Below are positions 11,649 to 24,312 of a DNA stretch of 64,000 bases, piece by piece. The stretch is from an uncultured Planctomycetota bacterium (GTDB lineage: Bacteria > Planctomycetota > Planctomycetia > Isosphaerales > Isosphaeraceae). The position numbers and the translations under genes are program-made. The notes beneath the pieces are model-generated. The model made no database searches, had not been told where the DNA came from, and was given only the letters and a program-made list of their open reading frames with translations. Within the stretch, counting starts at the first letter, position 1. Each line of letters begins with the position of its first letter. The DNA is taken from the NCBI GenBank assembly GCA_963845755.1, contig CAWJTV010000032.1, forward strand, positions 32,001-96,000, written 5' to 3'.

Positions 11649-13942
11649 TCACGACGAGAAGGTACCTTGCACGTCGTTGTCGTTGGTGGTGGCGTGGTTG
11701 CCGGTGATCGACGTGTTGTCGATGGTCGCGGTGCCGATGATGGCGATTCCGCCGCCCACCCCGACTCCGGAGAGGCCCGCGTTACCGTTGCTTCCGAACG
11801 TGGCGTGACCCGCTGTGCCGCTAGGGTTGCCTCCGGCACCGCCGGTGGCTGGTCCTCCGACACCGCCGGACCCGGCCAACAGGGCGATGGCCTGGTTGGC
11901 GGTGATGACGTCGGTGGCCTTGCCTTGCTTGGACCCCTTCTTCGCACCGAGCCTGGGATTGATGGTGAGCGTGCCGGTCGTCGCGTCGAAGATGCCGCCG
12001 CCCTGGCCGATGCCGCCTTCGCCGCCGTTGCCACCGTTGCCGCCCGTTGCCGAACCGCCCCCGCCGCCGGTCCCGCCCGTCCCGGCGTTGCCACCGTCTC
12101 CGCCGAAGCCGCCGTTGCCGGTATTTCCGTTTCCGCCGACACCGCTGGTGGCCTGGTTCGCGGTGAAGTTGACGGTAACGCCTGTGAAGGACGAGGTACC
12201 GCCGTTGAACAGGCCACCCCCCTCGCCGGTGGCGGCGGCGCCACCGAGTCCTCCGGCCCCGCCGAAGCCCAATCCCCCGCTCCCGCCGGCGCTGTTGGAA
12301 CCTCCGTTGCCTCCGAAGTTGCCATGGCCCGTGTTGCCGAGCCCGCCAATCCCGCCTCCGCCGCCGTTGGCTTGATTGCTGATGAACATGCTGGCCGCGG
12401 GCGGCTTGGACGGTTTCTGCGCCTTGAACGTCACCGAGGCGCCGGAATCGTTGAACAGGCCGCCGCCCTGTCCCGCACCGCCGATCCCGGCCGCACCCCC
12501 TTTACCGCCAAACCCGATGCCCGCGGCGCCGCCGACACCGCCGATATTGGGGCCTCCATTACCACCCTCGTTGCCGACACCCTCGCCCCCGACGCCGCCG
12601 GCGCCTCCGAGATTGCCGCTGGCCACATTGGCCGTGAAGTTCACCGAGACCGTGCTGGTGAGGGTGGCACCAGTGCCGTTAAATGCGCCACCACCCTCAC
12701 CGGCACCGCCCGCGCCGCCAAACCCACCGATACTTCCCGCGCCGGCACCGCCATCACCACCACGATCGTTGCCGGCGCCGGTCCCACCGAGCCCGCCGAT
12801 GCCGGTGCCACCGAAACCGCCAGTGCCTCCCTTTCCGCCGATCGCATCATTGGCCAGCAACGTGTCGGGCTTGCCTGTCAAGGAAACGGTACCGAGGTTG
12901 AACAGACCTCCGCCCTGGGCCTGGCCTCCGGCACCTCCACCGCCGCCGATCCCGCCGAATCCTCCACCTCCCGAGCCGGCACCGGTACCCGGGTCGTTAC
13001 CACCGAGTCCGCCGATGCCGAAGAAACCCGACCCGCCGAAGCCCCCCGCGCCCCCGCTGGCGGTGTTGGTCGAAAGGATTGTCCCCGAGAGGGTCAACGT
13101 CGCGCCCGCCGCGTTGAAAACGCCCCCGCCCAGACCGGCGCCCCGGCGCCTCCGGCGCCGCCATTGCCGCCCAAACCGGTCCCGCCGTTGATCCCACCAA
13201 TCCCCCCGCCACTGACTCCGTTGCCCTGTCCACCGTTACCACCATTGCCACCGGTACCACCCTCCGCCTCGTTGGACGCGATCGTGCTGCTGGTGATGCT
13301 CAACGAACCGCCCGCATTGAAGATCCCACCCCCTTCGCCGCTGGTCCCGCTCGTCCCATTTCCGCCGCTGCCGGCGGTGCCGGTCAGCGAGTTCGCGCCG
13401 ATTGCACCGATGGTACCGGAGCTCCCGATTGCGACGTTGTTGAGGACCCGCACCGAGGTGAAGTTCACCTTGCCACTCGAGTTCAGGATCCCGCCTCCAT
13501 CTCCCACGACGCGGCCGTGCTGGATCGTCAGGTTGGAAATCGACACCTTGCCGCTGGATATCTGGAAGACGCGATCCAGATTATTGCCGTCGATGATCGT
13601 GCTTGCCGCATTCTTCCCCTTGATGGTGAGATTGCCGGTAATGTTTAAGTCGCCGGTGGTGACGTCGTCCGCACCGGTGGGGGCGATCGTCAGCGTGAAG
13701 GTGCCGGAGGGCAGAATGATCTTGTTGGAGCCCCCCTTGGTATCGGCGGCCATGATGGCCGACCGCAGCGAGATGTGGCCGGAGGCATCCTTACCGTTCT
13801 TGAAGTTCACGGCGACCGTGTCGAGCGTCGTGTTGACCCGGAAGGTGGAGAGGACGACGCGGTGCTCGAGAATTTCGAGCCCCGGCCGCACGCGGTTGGT
13901 TGACTGCCGGCTCTCGCCGCGCCGCTTGATGGTGTTGGACAT
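11649..13942 (-). CDS. Glycine-rich (PGRS-like) exoprotein with CSLREA-like motif, paralog 1; frameshift ~13140
   Basis: LEHRVVLS, ISLRSAIMAA, long GGxGG repeats, C-terminal NHATTNDNDVQGTFSS. Confidence 0.8.
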
Positions 13943-14139
13943 CGCAGACCCCTTTGCAATGAAGTGGCGGCCAGTCCGAGGTTTCACTCCTCTCGACCTG
14001 GGCCGGGTATCGTTCGTGGGATTCGGGAAGTTCCTCGATCTACACAAGCGCCTTCCTGGCGTCGGTTACCTCACGGATTCTCGGATGATCGTCGTGACTG
14101 TCGCGTCAACGTCCGCCGGATCGCCGAGGGATTCGACCA

Positions 14140-16440
14140 TCACGACGAGAAGCTACCCTGCACGTCGTTATCGTTGGTGGTGGCGTGGTTGCCAGTGATG
14201 GACGTATTGTCGATGGTCGCGGTCCCGATGATCGCGATGCCGCCGCCCACGCCGACGCCGGGAAGGCCAGCGGTGCCGGCGCTACCGGCAGTGGAACTAC
14301 CCGTGGTGCCGTTGGGATTGCCGCTTGTACCGCCAGAGGCTCCGCCTCCGTTCCCCCCCAATCCGGCCGAGAGGGTGTTGGCCTGGTTGGTCGTTATGAC
14401 GTCGGTGGCCTTAGCCTGCTTCGATCGCTTCTTCGCACCGAGCCGGGGCTGAAGGGTGAGGGTACCCGTGGTCGCGTCGAAGATGCCGCCGCCCTGGCCA
14501 ATGCCGCCCTCGCCGCCATTACCGCCATTGCCGCCGGTCGCGGAGCCGCCAGATCCGCCGGTCGCGCTCGTCCCGGCGTTGCCACCTCCGCCTCCGTTCG
14601 CGGAACCTCCGTCACCCCCGTTGCCGCCAACGCCGCTGCTGGCCTGGTTGCTGCTGAGATTCACCGTCACGCCCGTGAAGGAAGCACTACCGGCGTTGAA
14701 CAGTCCACCACCCAGGCCGCTGCCGGCAGCGCCGCCGGGTCCAGCGGTACCGCCGAAGACCAATCCGCCACTCCCACCGGCGCTGTTGGAACCCCCGTTA
14801 CCACCGGGTCCGCTGAAGGTCTGGAGGCCATTTCCGCCGGTACCGCCTCCGCCACCGTTGGCCTGATTGCTGATAAACGCGACGGGCGCCGGCGGCCTGG
14901 ACGGTTTCTGCGCCTTGAACAACACCGAGGCGCCGGCATCGTTGAATAGACCGCCGCCTTCTCCCCCACCGCCGATACCGGCCGCGCCGCCCTTACCGCC
15001 GAACCCGACGCCCCCGGCGCCGCCGACGCCCCCAATATTGGCGCCGCCCATCCCTCCGATGCCGCCCTCGCCCTCCCCACCAAGGCCACCATTGCCGCCG
15101 AAATTGCCGCTGGCCCGATTATTCGCGAATGTGACCGAGACCGTGCTGGTGAACGTGGCACCATTGCCGTTGAAGGCGCCAGCGCCGTCGCCCGTACCGC
15201 CCGCGCCGCCCACGCCGCCGGGGCTCGCCGCGCCGGCGGCTCCGGCACCGCCGCGATCGTTGCCGGAGCCGGCTCCGCCTTCACCGCCGACGCCGTCGCC
15301 GCCGCGGCCGCCGGTATTTCCCGCGCCCCCGATCGCCTGGTTGGTCGAGAAGGTACTGGCCTTGGCCGTCAAGGAAACGGTCCCGAGGTTGAACAGACCC
15401 GCACCCTCGCCTTGCCCACCGCCACCGCCGGCACCGCTGGTCCCGCCGAAACCCTCGCCGCCCGACCCGGCACCGCCCCCGCTATCGGCGCCGCCGTGAC
15501 CGCCAATGCCGGGTCCGCCTTCCCCGCCCAGGCCGCCCGCGCCGCCATTGGCGGCGTTGGCCGAAATCGTCGTGCCGGACAGGGTCAGGCTGCGCACCGC
15601 CGCGTTGAACACGCCACCCCCCAGCCCGTCGCCGCCGGTGCCGCCGGCGCCGCCGTTGCCCCCCAGGCCGGTTCGACCGTCGATCTCGGGAAGTGACGTG
15701 CCATTCGAACCGTCGCCCTCGCCTCCGTCGCCGCCGGCACCGCCGTTGCCGCCGAAAGCGGCGTTGGATGCGATCGTGCCGCCGGAGATGCTCAGCGCAC
15801 CGGCCGCATTGAAGATCCCGGCCCCCTCGCCGTCGCTCCCGCCGGTCCCAGTGCCGCCTTTGCCGCCGTCGCCGCTGGTGCCCGAGATCGCACCGTCGGC
15901 ACCGTGGCTACCGGAGACCCCCACCGCGACGTTGTTCAGGATTCGGACCGAGGTGAGCTTCACCGTGCCGCCGGAGTTGAGGATCCCGCCTCCGTCTCCC
16001 ACGACGCGGCCGTGCTGGATCGTCAGGTTGGAAATCGATGCCTTGCCGCTCAGGACCTGGAAGACGCGATCCAGGTTATTGCCGTCGATGATGGTGTTGG
16101 CCGCATTCTTGCCCTTGATGGTGAGATTGCCGGTGATATCCAGGTCGCCGGTGGTGACGTCGTCCGCACCGGTGGGGGCGATCGTCAGCGTGAAGGTGCC
16201 GGAGGGCAGAATGATCTTGTTGGAGCCCCCCTTGGCATCGGCGGCCATGATGGCCGACCGTAGCGAAATGTGGCCCGTGGCGTCCTTGCCCTTCTTCAAA
16301 TCCACGGCGACCGTGTCGAGCGTGGTGTTGATCCGGAACGTGGAGAGCACCACGCGGTGCTCGAGCCTCTCGAGCCAGGGACGCAGCCGATTCGCCTGCC
16401 GCCAGCTTGCCGCTTGTCGCCGCGTCTTGGAGCTGAACAT
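14140..16440 (-). CDS. Glycine-rich (PGRS-like) exoprotein with CSLREA-like motif, paralog 2
   Basis: Intact 766-aa ORF; N- and C-terminal blocks nearly identical to 11649..13942. Confidence 0.85.
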   Translation of the reverse strand: MFSSKTRRQAASWRQANRLRPWLERLEHRVVLSTFRINTTLDTVAVDLKKGKDATGHISLRSAIMAADAKGGSNKIILPSGTFTLTIAPTGADDVTTGDLDITGNLTIKGKNAANTIIDGNNLDRVFQVLSGKASISNLTIQHGRVVGDGGGILNSGGTVKLTSVRILNNVAVGVSGSHGADGAISGTSGDGGKGGTGTGGSDGEGAGIFNAAGALSISGGTIASNAAFGGNGGAGGDGGEGDGSNGTSLPEIDGRTGLGGNGGAGGTGGDGLGGGVFNAAVRSLTLSGTTISANAANGGAGGLGGEGGPGIGGHGGADSGGGAGSGGEGFGGTSGAGGGGGQGEGAGLFNLGTVSLTAKASTFSTNQAIGGAGNTGGRGGDGVGGEGGAGSGNDRGGAGAAGAASPGGVGGAGGTGDGAGAFNGNGATFTSTVSVTFANNRASGNFGGNGGLGGEGEGGIGGMGGANIGGVGGAGGVGFGGKGGAAGIGGGGEGGGLFNDAGASVLFKAQKPSRPPAPVAFISNQANGGGGGTGGNGLQTFSGPGGNGGSNSAGGSGGLVFGGTAGPGGAAGSGLGGGLFNAGSASFTGVTVNLSSNQASSGVGGNGGDGGSANGGGGGNAGTSATGGSGGSATGGNGGNGGEGGIGQGGGIFDATTGTLTLQPRLGAKKRSKQAKATDVITTNQANTLSAGLGGNGGGASGGTSGNPNGTTGSSTAGSAGTAGLPGVGVGGGIAIIGTATIDNTSITGNHATTNDNDVQGSFSS

Positions 16441-16838
16441 CGAAAACCCTCCCTTACTGCTGAGAGGCGGCGGCGAAGAGGGTCTCTTTCCTCGGCCCGG
16501 GCCGGCCTCGTTCGTACGATTGGGAAGCGTCTCTACTCACAATGCGCCATCCCGGCGGCGGATACCTCAGAGATCTCCCGCCTTTTTCCGAGGACCGGGG
16601 ACTTGGACAAGTTATCCCGTGTAAGAATAACATCCGGAACGACGTCGCCCTGCGCAATGCCGGAGGCCGCCGAGGCAACCTCGATCGCGCTTCACGAGGG
16701 TTTTCGAGAGGGGGATGTACCCGCCGGCCTGGGTACGCGGCTCGCATGGCGAGCCAGGTCGTATTTCTCATTCGCGCCGGACCAACACGGCGACAGCCCG
16801 TCCGTGCTCCTCGACGTACTCCTTGCCGGCCGCACGGG

Positions 16839-17795
16839 TTAGGGCCGAGGGTTCAGCCGCCAAACTTTGTTGACGTCATGCGCCGAAACCCACACCTTCC
16901 CGTCTCCGGCCCGGACGGCACCGCTCCCCTGCGGAGGCCCGAAACGCCGGACCACTTGATTCGTCTTCGGGTCAATAACCGATAAGAGGACCTTGGTTGC
17001 TCGCACCCAGACCGCACCCTCCCCGGCGGCGATGTCGCCTCCCGGGCCCGGCACGCCAACTTCGATGGTAGCCACAACCTCGTTCGTCCTCGGGTCGATC
17101 CTCGAGACGGTGCCGTCTGCCTGGTTCAGGACCCAGACGGCACCTTCGCCCACGGCGAGGAATCGCGGTTGACCGTGGACAGGTATGGTAGCAACGACGG
17201 CATTGGTCCTGGGGTCGACCCGCTGGACCGAACCGTTTTCGGTGGTACGAGGTCTCCCCGTATTGGTGACCCAGATCGCCCCGTATCCGGCGACTGCCGC
17301 GTAGGAATACGGTCTCAAGCCGATGCGGGCTACGACTTCATTGGTCTCGGGGTTGATCCGGGAGAGAACGCCTTTCTGATCCGTCAGGACCCAGACTCCG
17401 CCCTGGTCGGACGCGAGACTCGCTTCCGAATCGGCGACCGTGACGGGGATCGTTGCCGCCACCTTGTTGGTGTTTGCGTCGATTCGAGAGATCGACTTGT
17501 CTTTGCGACTGGCGACCCACAACGAACCATGGCCGATGGCCATCGCGGCGCAGGGGCTGTTGACCTTCACCTCGGCGATGACCTTGTTGGTATCGGGGTC
17601 GATGCGTTGAACGGCCCCGAGTCCCGGATTGGAAACCCAGAGCGAACCGAAGCCGACCTCCAGCCAATCGGGAGAACCTTCCAGGCGGATCGAGGCGACC
17701 GCCGTCTCATCGATGGGCGAGGGGGCCACCCGATCGTCATCGAGAATACAAGGAGTTGCACAGACGAGCAGAAACAGGAACTGTAGAATTGCCAT
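16839..17795 (-). CDS. Secreted YVTN/YncE-like beta-propeller protein
   Basis: Signal peptide; repeated (S/Q)RIDP-x-TN-x-VVATI-x-V and G-x-GAVWV units. Confidence 0.8.
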   Translation of the reverse strand: MAILQFLFLLVCATPCILDDDRVAPSPIDETAVASIRLEGSPDWLEVGFGSLWVSNPGLGAVQRIDPDTNKVIAEVKVNSPCAAMAIGHGSLWVASRKDKSISRIDANTNKVAATIPVTVADSEASLASDQGGVWVLTDQKGVLSRINPETNEVVARIGLRPYSYAAVAGYGAIWVTNTGRPRTTENGSVQRVDPRTNAVVATIPVHGQPRFLAVGEGAVWVLNQADGTVSRIDPRTNEVVATIEVGVPGPGGDIAAGEGAVWVRATKVLLSVIDPKTNQVVRRFGPPQGSGAVRAGDGKVWVSAHDVNKVWRLNPRP

Positions 17796-17849
17796 GAATC
17801 ATGACATTTCTGTGAAGATACATGATGTTTAATGTTCGCCAATGTGTCG

Positions 17850-19324
17850 CTACGCCAGCAGCGGCTTCAGCACGTTTCCCGCCACGTCCGTCAGGCGGAA
17901 GTCGCGCCCCTGGTAGCGGGTCACGAGCCGCAGGTGATCGAGGCCGAGCGCATGGAGGACGGTGGCTTGAACGTCGTGGACGTGGACCGGGTCTTTCACG
18001 ACGTCCCAGCCCCACTCGTCGGTCTCGCCGTACGCGAAGCCGCCGCGGAAGCCGCCCCCGACGAGCATCAGCCCACCGCAGAGTTGCTGGTGGTCGCGGC
18101 CGTAGGTCGCGAAGGACATGGGGCCCTCGCAATAGCTCGTGCGGCCGAATTCGCCGCAGAAGATCACGAGCGTGTCTTCGAGCAGGCCACTCTGCTTGAG
18201 GTCGCCCAGGAGCGCCGCGATCGGCTTGTCCACCTCCTCCATTTTCTTCTTGAGGATGACGGGGATATCGGCGTGGTGGTCCCAACCGCCATCCATGAGC
18301 TGGATGAAACGGACGCCGCGCTCGGCCAGTCGCCGGGCCAGGAGGCAGTTGTTGGCGAAGCTCTCCTTGCCGGGCTCCGCGCCGTATTGCTCGAGCACCT
18401 CGGCGGGCTCCTTCGAGAGATCGGTCAATTCGGGCACGCTCGTCTGCATGCGAGCCGCCATCTCATAGGCGTGAATGCGGGCCGTCACTTCCGGATCGCC
18501 GGTCGTTGCGGCCTCGCGCTCGTTCAGTGCCTTGACGGTATCGAGGATCCGCCGCCGCGTCCTGGCGTCGATTCCTTCGGGGTTCGACACGAAGAAGACC
18601 GGCTCCTTTCCGCTGCGGAACGGGCAGCCCTGATGGCGTCCCGGCAGGTAACCGTTGTGCCACATGCGCGGGTGCGGCGGAGAGCCGCCGTCGCGCGTCC
18701 CCGAGAGCATCACCACGAACTCCGGGAGGTCCTGGTTCTCGGTCCCGAGGGCGTAGGTCACCCAGGAGCCCCACGACGGCCGGCCGAGCTGCATCGTTCC
18801 GGTGAACAGGATCGACATCGCGGCCTCATGCAGCACGTGGTCGGTCTGCATGGAGCGCACCAGGCAGATGTCGTCGGCGAACGCACCCATCTCCCGGAAG
18901 AGCTCGGAAATGCGGAGGCCGCTCTTGCCGTGGGGCTTGAACTGGAAACACGAACCGACCACCGGGAGTGCTCCCTGCTTTTCGGTGACTCCGGTGATGC
19001 GCTGCCCTTGCGCACCGAGTCGGGGAGCTCCTCGCCGCGGCGCTTGTTGAGCAGCGGTTTCTCGTCGAAGAGGTCGAGCTGCGAGAGGCCGCCCGCCGCA
19101 AAGATCATAATGACGCGCTTTGCGGTGGCACCCCCGAGTTTGTAGGTCGGCGCGTCCTCGCCGGGTGCCCGCGAGGATCCTTCGCCAGCGCCGGCCAGGC
19201 TGCGTCGAGCCATCAGGCTCGAGAGTGCAATGGAGCCGAGGCTCAGCGCGCTCGTGCCGAGGAACGCCCGCCGCGCGAGATCAGTGCTGGCAACGATTCT
19301 GGGGCTCGGAGGAGTTTCGTTCAT
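17850..19324 (-). CDS. DUF1501 family protein (Tat signal); frameshift ~19000
   Basis: RRAFL, AKRVIMIFAAGGLSQLDLFD, CLLARRLAERGVRFIQL, GWDHH, GEFGRT. Confidence 0.88.
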
Positions 19325-19384
19325 AGCTTCAACCTTGGGGTGCTGGAAACCTCGTCACTATCCGAGAAAGGCTTCTGGCCTCTG

Positions 19385-19445
19385 TTGTGTGGGTGAAACC
19401 CATTAAGATCGGGGCCGTTTCCTGGTGGGTTTCACCGACCCTACT
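19385..19445. repeat. REP-like inverted doublet (GGGTGAAACCCA ... TGGGTTTCACC)
   Basis: Two palindromic units in inverted orientation in the intergenic space. Confidence 0.6.
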
Positions 19446-19482
19446 CGATTCTTGGACAGCTTCTTCGTTCATGGGATGGTTG

Positions 19483-22400
19483 TCAGCGGTGGATCGTGGC
19501 GTCGAGATTGATGAGCGCGCTGCCGACGCATGCCCAGGCCGCCACCTCGGCGGCATCGAGCGTGTCGTCGATTTTCGCGTCACCCACACCGAGGAGTTTT
19601 TTCGCGGCATCGGTGTCGGCCTTGAACTGCGCGCGCTGCTCGTCGAGGAGCTTCCGCAGGATCTGCGCCTCCGACTCGCTCGGGTCACGGGACGTGCAGA
19701 GGCGGAACCCGTAGGCGAGGCGCTTCGCCTCTTCCTCGGGCTTCTTCAGATTGCGGGCGCGGCGGATGGCTTCCCGGTCCTTGAGCATCCTCTGCCCGAG
19801 CATCTTCGCGCACTCGACATAGGCCGGATCGTTGAGCAGCGTGAGCGCCTGGACGGGGGTCGTTGTGGTGGCGCGCGTCACGGTGCAACTGTCTCGCTTG
19901 ACCGCGTCGAAGTTGAGCATGGACGGATAGGGCGACCCGCGTTTCCAGTAGACGTAGAGCGCGCGCCGGTACTGCCTCTCGTCGCCGTGACGTCGATAGT
20001 TGGACATGAAACCCTCGACCATCTTCCAGGCGTTCTTGGGCTGCACCGGCTTGACGCTCTCGCCGCCGATCTTTTCGACGAGGAGCCCCGAGACCGCGAG
20101 CGCATTGTCCCGGACCATCTCGGCGGACAAGCGGAGCCGTGGACCGCGGGCGAGGAGGCGGTTTTCCGGGTCGCGATCGAGCTTGGCTTTCGAAGTCGTC
20201 GACGCCTGGCGATAGGTCGCCGATAACACGATTCGCCTGTGGAGCTTCTTCAGGTCCCATTGGCTGTCGACCAGCTCGGTGGCGAGATCGTCGAGGAGTT
20301 CGGGATGCGTGGGGAGCTCGCCCCGGGTGCCGAAGTCCTCGGCCGTCCTGACGATTCCGACCCCGAAATATTGCTTCCAGATGCGGTTGACCAGGACGCG
20401 CGCGGTCAACGGATGCTGTCGGGAAACGAGCCACTGCGCGAGCCCCAGCCGGTTGCGCGGCGCCCCCTTTGCCATCGGAGGTAGCACCGCAGGGGTCGCC
20501 GGATTGACGTTCTCGCCGCGATTCTTGTACAGGCCGCGCTTGAAGATATACGCCTGGCGCGGCTTCGCGAGCTCCTCCATGACGAGCGTCTGGGGGAGTC
20601 GCCGTTTGACGAGCTTCTCCTCGTCCTTGAGCTGGGAAAGTTCCTCGGCGATGATGCGCCCGACGGGGTCGATGTGAGACCGATAGAATTCGCGCAGCAC
20701 TTTCTTCCGCCGCTCCGACGGCGAAAGCTTGTTCTCCTCCTCGGAGGACTTGAGCGGGGCGGATTTCTCACCGACAAGGCTGACCTTCATCGGCGCACCC
20801 GGCTTCGCGGAACTCTTAGTGTCGTCGCCCGCGCTCGAGGCGGCTGGCGCGGCCGCCCCGGTCGGGGCGGTTTTGCTCGCCGTCTTGGATGGCGACGCGG
20901 CGGGAGTAGAAGCGGAGGCAATGGCGCCGGGGCGTGCTCCCGCGACGGGTTTCAGGGCCTCGAGGCGAAGGGCCGTCGCGACCTCATGAGTCAGGACGTC
21001 GTCGCCCTCCGGCGTGATCTCGAACGTAAACGAGTCGCCGCCAGCGGGCCCGCCGCCCATCGCACCGCCGGCCGGGAAGCCGCGACGGCCGTTGGGGCTC
21101 GCACCGTCGCCGTACACGGCCTTCACGACGATCTCGTTTTCACCCTGGCGGAGGCCGATCCGGAACTTTTTCTCCGGATGGTTCTGGCCGCGCCCATCGT
21201 TTCAGCAAGGTCATCGTCGTTGATTTCGGGGACGACTGGCGCCTCCTTATCGTCTTCGGCCTTCTCGTCCTTCTTCGCGTCCGGGCCGTTCCCCGCGCCG
21301 GGGTCTTGGCGTCAGCTCCCTTGGGGGGAGCCGCGGGCGGCGGCGGAAGCGCGGTCTGTGCCAGCTCTCCGTTGACCCACATCCGGAAGCCCGCCGGTCC
21401 GCCAAGTTGCACGATCGCGGTGCGGGGGCGCGTTGAGACGATCTTGCGTGTGAGGTAGTAAGCGGAGTTGGCTCCCTGAAGGCGTGCCGCGGTGCCATCG
21501 CGCCACTTACGCTGCTCGGTCCAGGTGATCTTCTCGGGCTTTGGCTTGACCGCGCCGGCCTTGGCGGCTTCGGGCTTCGCTTCCGGCTTGACGTCCTTGG
21601 TCGCTTCGGTCCCGGGCTTTTCCGCAGCCCCGACGGCGTTCCCCTTGATCTCCTTGCCCCCATCGGGGCCTGGCTTGCCCGTCGGCTCGGGTTTCGGAGC
21701 CTCGCCCACGCCCGCACCGGCCGGCTTCTTCCCAGTCTCGCCGGCATCCTTCTTGGTCGCGGGTTTTCCATCGCCTGGAGATGCTGCGGGAGCGTCACCG
21801 ATTTTGCCGCCGCCGGTCTGCCGCGAGGCGGCTTTGGCGGGCGCCGGGTCCTCTTTCTTGGCAGGGGTTTTGTCTCCGGCCGGCTTCGCGGGCGTGGCGG
21901 CGGGCGCTGGCTTCTCGGCGCCGTCCTTGCTCGCGGGCGGGAGCACGACCTTGGTGTAACTCTTCTTCAGGTCAAGCGGCTCATCTTTGATGTCCTTCTC
22001 GGGCTCGAATGCCCTCGTGTAGGCTTTCGCGACGTCCTCTGCGGGAAATGGCCCGATCGAGCTCCAGAGCTTGGACAGTGCGGGCAGCATCAGCTCGCGG
22101 ATGCGATCGTCCTGGGTGTAACTGATGCGGAAGCGGCCGATCAGGCTCTTGAACTTGGCGGCCGACGTCTGGTGCAGCGAGAAGCGAAGCACCGACGCCT
22201 CGTTCGTGTCGAGCGGTTCGAGTGGGAGGAAGATCGCTTCGTGGGGCTTCTTGCGTTCGTCGTCGACGATGCTCCAGCCGCCATACCCTCGACCCCCGAA
22301 CGCCCCGCCGCCGCCCACGGGCTCGATGACGATCGCCGATTCAATCGACCCCGGCACCATGTCGTACGGGTCGGGGTCTTCCCTGAGCTTCTGGTTGATG

Positions 22401-24031
22401 TCGGCCTCGGCACGCGCGACGTAGACGAGCGGCGGTTCCTGGCTCTCGGAGATCGTCGTGTTGCGAATCTCGATCGTCGACAAGATGAAGCGGCCGTCGG
22501 AGGCGCGCCCCAACCCTTTTTCCGGGGTGCTGTCATCGGGCAAGACCTCGAGCCGCAGGGCCGTGATGCGCTTCTTCCCGGGGAGCAGCATGATGTCGTA
22601 GGTGTCCTTGACCGGCGCCGGGCCGGTCGACAGGATCGAGCCGTCGTCGAGGGGCTTCAACTGCGACCCGCCTCGCGAGAGCATCCCCGAGAGCGGCGCC
22701 GTCGTCCACTCGATCGGTTTGCCGAGCCTGGCGAGCGTCTTGCGCTCCCATTCCTTCTGGGCCGCGTCCGTCGGAGAGTCATCGTGCTCGAGTCGCTGCT
22801 TCAGCGCGTCGATGCGCGCCTTCAGATCGGCGAGCCTCGGCTCTTGATCGGGGTTCGGGACGGGAATCGACGGCCGCGGGTTCAGGTACTCGGAGTCGCG
22901 CTCCTTGATGTTGTTGAAGAACGCATAGAAGGAGTAGTAATCCCGCTGGCTGATCGGGTCGTACTTGTGGTCGTGGCACTGGGCGCACGCGAGCGTGACT
23001 CCCATGAAGACCGTGGCCGTCGTGTTCACGCGGTCCACCACGTAGGCGGAGCGGTATTCATCCTCTTCCTCGCCCGCCTCGCTGTTGGTGGGGTGATTGC
23101 GGTTGAAACCGGTAGCGACCTTCTGCGCGAGCGTCGCGTGGGGAAGGAGATCGCCCGCGAGCTGCTCGATCGTGAACCGATCGAACGGCATGTTCGCGTT
23201 GAAGGCGTTGATGACCCACTCGCGCCATTTCCAGATTTCGCGGGGCATGTCGATCTGGTAGCCGCTCGTGTCCGCGTACCGGGCGAGGTCGAGCCACTCT
23301 TGCGCCTGGCGCTCACCATAGCGTTTCGACTTCAAGAGACGATCCACCTGCGTCTCGAACGCGTCGGGACGCTTGTCGGTCAGGAACGCGTCGATCTCCG
23401 CGGGTGTCGGCGGAAGCCCGGTGAGGTCGAAGCTCGCGCGGCGAAGCCACGCTTCGCGGGTCGCTTCCGCTTCCGGCTTCAGATGTTCGCGATCCAGCCG
23501 CGCCAGCACGAAGGCGTCGAGCGGATCGCGCACCCACGCCTTGTCGGAGACCTTGGGGAGCGCCGGCTTCTTCGGCGGGAGGAATGACCAGTGATCTTCC
23601 CAAGGGGCGCCCTGCTCGATCCACGTCTTCAAGGTCGCGATCTGCTTCTTCGTGAGCGGCTCCGTCGTTCCTTCGGGCGGCATCCGCTCGTCGTCGTCAT
23701 CGGCGGTAATCCTCTCCCAGGCGAGCGAGCCTTGCAGGTCTCCCGGAGCGATCGCGTGCCTGCCCGCGCGCCCGGCGAAGGCCATGTCCTTCAGATCGAG
23801 GCGAAGCTTTCCCTTGCGCGTCGCCTCGTCGGGCCCGTGGCACTGGAAGCAATGCTGCGCCAGGATCGGGCGGACCTCTTTCAGGAAGCCGACCGTGCGA
23901 TGCTCGGCGCCTGCGGCCTTGTCATTGGCGAAAGCGTCGCCCAATCGCCCCGAGCCGGGAGCCAAGGCCAGGACTGTGAGCATCAACGCGCCCGCGACCA
24001 GGGGCCACCGACGCCGGAAGAAGATCCACAT
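19483..24031 (-). CDS. Planctomycete cytochrome c / DUF1549 / DUF1553 (PSD1) protein; frameshifts ~21150-21300
   Basis: CFQCH and CAQCHDHKYDP haem motifs; WLDLARYADT; PLTARVLVNRIW; PTHPELLDDLA; QALTLLND. Lies upstream of DUF1501. Confidence 0.88.
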
Positions 24032-24312
24032 TGTGAAACCTCAATGGGCCAATCCTGCTTGGCTGTGCCGAGCGACCTCGGACGAATCCGCGTTCGCTTC
24101 GCCCGCAGTCCCCGGTATGGACTTGCCGTGGCGCGATCGTTCGAGGGAGCCGAGGACCGCGGTCGATCATCGGCGTACCCGGTTCCGACGTCGCGAACCG
24201 TCTGTCGCGGGGGGGGCGTGACGACGGCCTACAGGGTGCACGTTTCCTCTTTTAGAGCTGCCAAGACAACTCGACCTCTCACGTCTCTCGACTTCGTTCC
24301 CTCAAAGATTTC

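Noticed and set aside
11667..16624. Long proline-rich plus-strand ORFs
   Set aside because: They are antisense shadows of the glycine-rich minus-strand genes.
20700..21950. Lys/Pro/Ala-rich stretches in the PSD1 protein as insertion elements
   Set aside because: No terminal repeats or duplications were seen; they are consistent with low-complexity linkers.
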